Source: Mustelus asterias (lineage: Eukaryota). From it: a DNA stretch of 64,000 nucleotides. The notes beneath the pieces are model-generated. The model saw nothing but the letters and a program-made list of their open reading frames with translations. It made no database searches and was not told the DNA's origin. Made by a program: the position numbers and the translations under genes. The stretch covers positions 134,354,001 through 134,418,000 of the forward strand of contig NC_135801.1 in NCBI RefSeq assembly GCF_964213995.1. The letters are read 5' to 3'. This document shows, piece by piece, positions 59,661 to 64,000 of this stretch. The stretch's first letter is position 1, and every line of letters starts with the position of its first letter.

Positions 59661-61455
59661 CTCATTATTTTATAAATTCAAATGTTTTCTGTAAAATCTT
59701 CACGGTGATCTCAGTGAATCTTTTGAAGAAAGAGGCTAGAGTGAGCTGATCGTCCATGCTGAGTGTTTGACTGAAGGAAGTTAAGAGGTGTTCTTCCTTG
59801 GTCTTAATGCTAACGTGTAAGAATAGCGTTAGGGTTGAGCTGGAATGTCAATTGCATTAATGAAAGAGATTAGCAAAAATGTTCAGGTGTTGTTGGAGTG
59901 CTGGGGCCAGTGGCTCTAACTTTTTAATCCTATCGTGAAGCAACAGGTTTTAGCTTGCTGTCGAATTTTATTTTCAATGTACTCACCAGTGATGGGGAAG
60001 GGTTTATTTTGTTAAGGTACTGTATTACTACAGATTGTTGTCTATTAGGGAATTGACCAATCAATAATTAATGTTTTCCTAGATTGGGAAATCAGATTTA
60101 GTCGGTTTTCAATGTGGACATACAAACTGTTGATGGAAGATCCAGTAATAATCCAGACTTTTGAATGGCAACAAATGCATCTTAAATAAGGGATGGATTG
60201 CACCTTGAATAATGTAGTCAGGCAGTTTCCCAACTTGGTGCTGAGACATTAACAATGTGGAACACTCTCACCCCATTATTGACCTGTCAAAAAGTGAAGA
60301 AGAAATCAAACTGTCAGCTTCATGGTACTGGGTACCGTGTAAGAAATATGCAGACATAATGTTTCCTTAACCAACATTAAACTTTGCATTTATACAGCAC
60401 CTTTTATCATAGTAAAACATCCCAAGGCATTTCACAGGAATGTTGTCAAACAAAATTGGATATTGAGCATGAGACATTTGGACAAATGACCAAATGCTTA
60501 ATTAGAAAGGTAGGTTTCGACAGCACCTTCCAAGCCCACAACCACTACCATCTAGAAGGACAAGAGTAGCAGATACATGGGAACAGCACCACCTAGAAGT
60601 AGCCTCCAAGCAAATTCACCATTCTGATTTGGAAGTATATCGCCCTTCCTTCGATGTTGCTGTGTCAAAATCTTGGAACCCGCTCCCTAATAGCACTGTG
60701 AGTCTACCTACGCCAGATGGACTGCAGCTGTTCAAGAAGACAGCCCAGCACCAGCTTCTCCAGGGCACTTGGTGATGGACAATAAATGCTGGCCAAGCCA
60801 GTGCACATTCCTGAATGAATACAAAAAAGAGCTTTTTCAAGGAGGGATAGAGGGAATAGTGTTCAGAGGGAAGGTTCCAGAGCTTTGTGCTCTGGACAGC
60901 TGAATTCATTGTCACCAATGATGAGTGATGTAGGGATAGTGGAGGTAGAAAGATAGGGAAGTCATTTTAATTATTTAGAAACCACTTGGACTTTATTTTC
61001 GATATTATCACAATTGTTAGTTGAATTCCAGCAAATATTCTTTACATAAAGCAAACTAGCATTTTGGTTATGAACCACTAACTCTCACTCAAATATTTGA
61101 TGCTTATATATGAATTAAGCATACAAATAGAGAATTTTCCTGGTTCAGCAAAAAATATAGTGATGTGTGGCCCCACACATGTGAGGAGTGTATTACAATC
61201 TACACATACCAGTAGATTAATAGTATTGTATAATAGAATCAGTAGCCTGGTAGGTATACTATAATGGAAACCTTGCATTAAAACATTTTGAACTGAAACT
61301 TTGACAATATGAAATATGGCTTGAGTTCACTGCTTATTTGGTAAATCCGTATTCATTCTTCACAGAATTCTTTTCACTAGAAAATAGGCAAAACAGTGTG
61401 GCACCATGAGCTATACATGCTTTTGCAACTTTTAATATTTCTCTCTTTTATATAG

Positions 61456-61577
61456 GTTTCAGTGCTGTATTTTGCCAGGAGCGCTGAATTGTCAGGGGTT
61501 CGTTCTGAGACAATTTCTATACCACAGCAACTAACTTCTTTGCAACTGTGGCAGGAAATTGTTAAGAGACATCCAAG
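61456..61577 (+). CDS. MOCS2: MOCS2 exon 2, molybdopterin synthase sulfur carrier subunit MOCS2A: VSVLYFARSAELSGVRSETISIPQQLTSLQLWQEIVKRHP
   Basis: Acceptor tttctctcttttatatag, donor AG|GTACAG; 122 nt; close match to human MOCS2A VEVLYFAKSAEITGVRSETISVPQ...LQLWKEIETRHP as recalled. Exon 3 was not found in the window. Confidence 0.93.
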
Positions 61578-63069
61578 GTACAGCATGATAGAAAAACTTC
61601 ATTTTTTTCAGCAATATTATTTATTTGATCTGGATGATTTTTTTTCTTCAGCATGCAGTGTGTATGTGCTGATTACTTTATGAAGATAACTGTAGCAATT
61701 AAGAAAATTAATATTTGTTGTACAGAGATGGCCTGCCAAATTAAAATAAAGATCTCAGCTGTTTTTGCATCTCTGATTCTTTAAAACTATTTACCAAGCT
61801 TTGCAATCTTCTGATATCACCTCCTTTGGCTCAGTGTCAATTTTTCTCTGAATATGCTCCTGTGAAACCCTGGGATTTTTTGTGATGAAGGCACTATATA
61901 AATCAAGTTATTGAATAAATTCTTTAGAAACTCCTTAAATGCGTGGAATTAATTCTATAAACTTCAGTACTCAAGACAATGGTGTTTCTTTATGAAAAGA
62001 AATGCTTCTCCTCTGTAGAATGTCCTAACAGTGATGTTTGACATTTGGGTGTTTTTTATTTCTCGACTTTATTTTCAGTACCATGTCATTGACTTCCATA
62101 GTTGAAGCTTTGTTTGCAAGCATAAAGGAAAATTTGTAGCATGCCATGGAATTGAACAGAGAAGCTAATTCACGTTGTTATGGTTTACTGGTTTTATCAT
62201 ATGCCCTCACCTGATTTTTCTTAACTTTGGAAGGTAGCATTTCTTACGTCACCTGACATTTCTTACGGTTTAATGGCCAAACACATTTATTAGATGGTAA
62301 AAGTACAAATGAACAGTAGCAATGACAATGTAGATTTTACAATAGTTATTAAAGTTGGTTATTGTTTCAAGTAAACAAAATACCCATTAGTGTATCTACT
62401 GTGCTAAATCGCAATTTCCTATGTGATGGTTCTTTGCTTTTTTTAAAATCATAAATTGCCTGGCTTGATTACCATTCAACAAAGGCTTCAGGCAGACTAA
62501 CAAATAATTTCACTAAACAACCAGGACTTAATATACTTAAACGTTTGTTTAAATTCACAAGAATTTCTAGTCAAATATACATTTGGAAAAGAACCCACAA
62601 ATTGTTTGTATCTGAACTGAATGACTACCTATATTTGCATTTGTATTTCGTGAAGCTGGTTTTAAAACCTTTGTGTACTATATCATGTCGATAATTAAGG
62701 ACAGGCATGAGAAAAGGGCAGTGTGCCTTTCTGATTTCACTCCATACATAGTCTGTGTGTTTATTCTCCCATGAGCTTTTCCCTTGTTCCCTTTTCTCAA
62801 TACTTAAGGATCCTTATGTTAAAGAACGCTGCAGTCCACTATCTTTCCTGGGGAAACGTGTGATATTACTATAATTTTCAATTCCTCATCTTGATACATT
62901 TTTTCTGAATTTGTATAAAGCTATCACATGACCCCAAAACAACTGTATTCATTGGGACTATGTTCCACTTGTGCATCTTTATGGTCTGAGAGTTTTTATT
63001 GTTCTCTCTCACCTGGTTTCCAGGTTGTAAATTTTTTACTTCTGTCCTTCAAACCTGTCCTAATTTACA

Positions 63070-63420
63070 GGTCTATGATAGAGTGGCAGGACAAGAAAGA
63101 AATTGTCAAACTTGGCTCTATATTCCCTCGAGTGTAGAAGAATTGGAGGTGATCTTAGTAAAACATATATTTCTTTGGGAACTTGTCAGGATGGATTCTG
63201 TAAGGATGTTGCCTCTGGCTTGAGAGTCTAGAATAAGGAATCACAGGCTCGGAATAAGGGGTTGGTCTGGATTGAGGTGAGGAGAAATTTCTTCACTCAA
63301 AGTCTCAATTTTTGGAATTCTCCACTCCAGAATGTGTTCAAAAGGGAGATTGATAAAATTTTTGGATATTGAAGAAATTAAGGGATAAAAAGATAGTGTG
63401 GGGAGGTGGAGTTGAGGAGA
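63070..63420 (+). mobile_element. Degenerate CR1 3' fragment in MOCS2 intron 2
   Basis: gaggagaaatttcttcactca and tggaattctc CR1 remnants. Confidence 0.7.
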
Positions 63421-64000
63421 ACATTAACCTTGTTCATTCTAGAAGATGAAGATGACCGTGTTCATCACTTGGATACACATGGTATGGTACTTCTGGATAC
63501 ATAAGTGACAGCTAAGGTTGATCTGAGCTTGAAAGGCTCTGCTGCAAGTAGGACTGGTTGCTGCAAATGATTGAGTTTTGGATGAGTTGCTGACTGCGAT
63601 TTCCTCTCCTTGCATTTTCTCTCTGCCTCAGAAATGCATTTGCTTTAGAAGGAGGCTACAGTGTTTTTTGGTTGTGTTAAGCGTAGTGATCCTGGGCAAG
63701 CTTCTTACAGGACGTAAAATCAAAACTCGCAAGCGACGCCTTGAATGTATCCTCCTTTGACTGCCATGAAAGTGCACCCCAGACTCAACCTCTCCACAAA
63801 AGTTTCACTTTGATAACTGCGTGTCAGGCATTCTGGTTATGTGACCAGCCTGACTGTCTCTATATGGTGTGGATGCTTGTCATGCTAGCTCTATCGAGCA
63901 CCTCAGTATTTTGTTCAGCCCTGATCTTATTGAGTAGGCTCAAAGGGTCAAATGTCCTACTCCTGCTTCATCATCTGTTTTTAATGTTCAAGGAGAGTGT

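Overview
This is eukaryotic genomic DNA, almost certainly from a cartilaginous fish (shark-type CR1 LINEs, HE1-like V-SINEs and TIR elements fill most of the window). Two host genes face away from each other. (1) Minus strand: 11 phase-compatible exons (40411 down to 4396; 1575 nt, 525 codons, no stop) encode a four-domain voltage-gated channel alpha subunit from the N-terminal region through domain I to DII-S4. It carries Nav2 (NaCP60E/DSC1/BSC1-type) signatures such as TFCV..RF and [14 protein letters not shown] rather than vertebrate Nav1 signatures. It has a U12 AT-AC intron (37637-40283), a DI-S4 lacking one R-x-x triad, a His in DI-S6, a short DI-DII linker and a tandem U12-5'ss-like motif in an ordinary GT-AG intron. 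Its first coding exon could not be located and the gene runs off the left edge. (2) Plus strand: exons 1-2 of MOCS2 (MOCS2A reading frame, MVAQ|VSVLYFARSAELSGVRSETI...), starting in a GC-rich island at about 59.3-59.7 kb. The rest is layered, often nested transposon sequence. Repeat boundaries are approximate and family names come from pattern recognition, not database searches.
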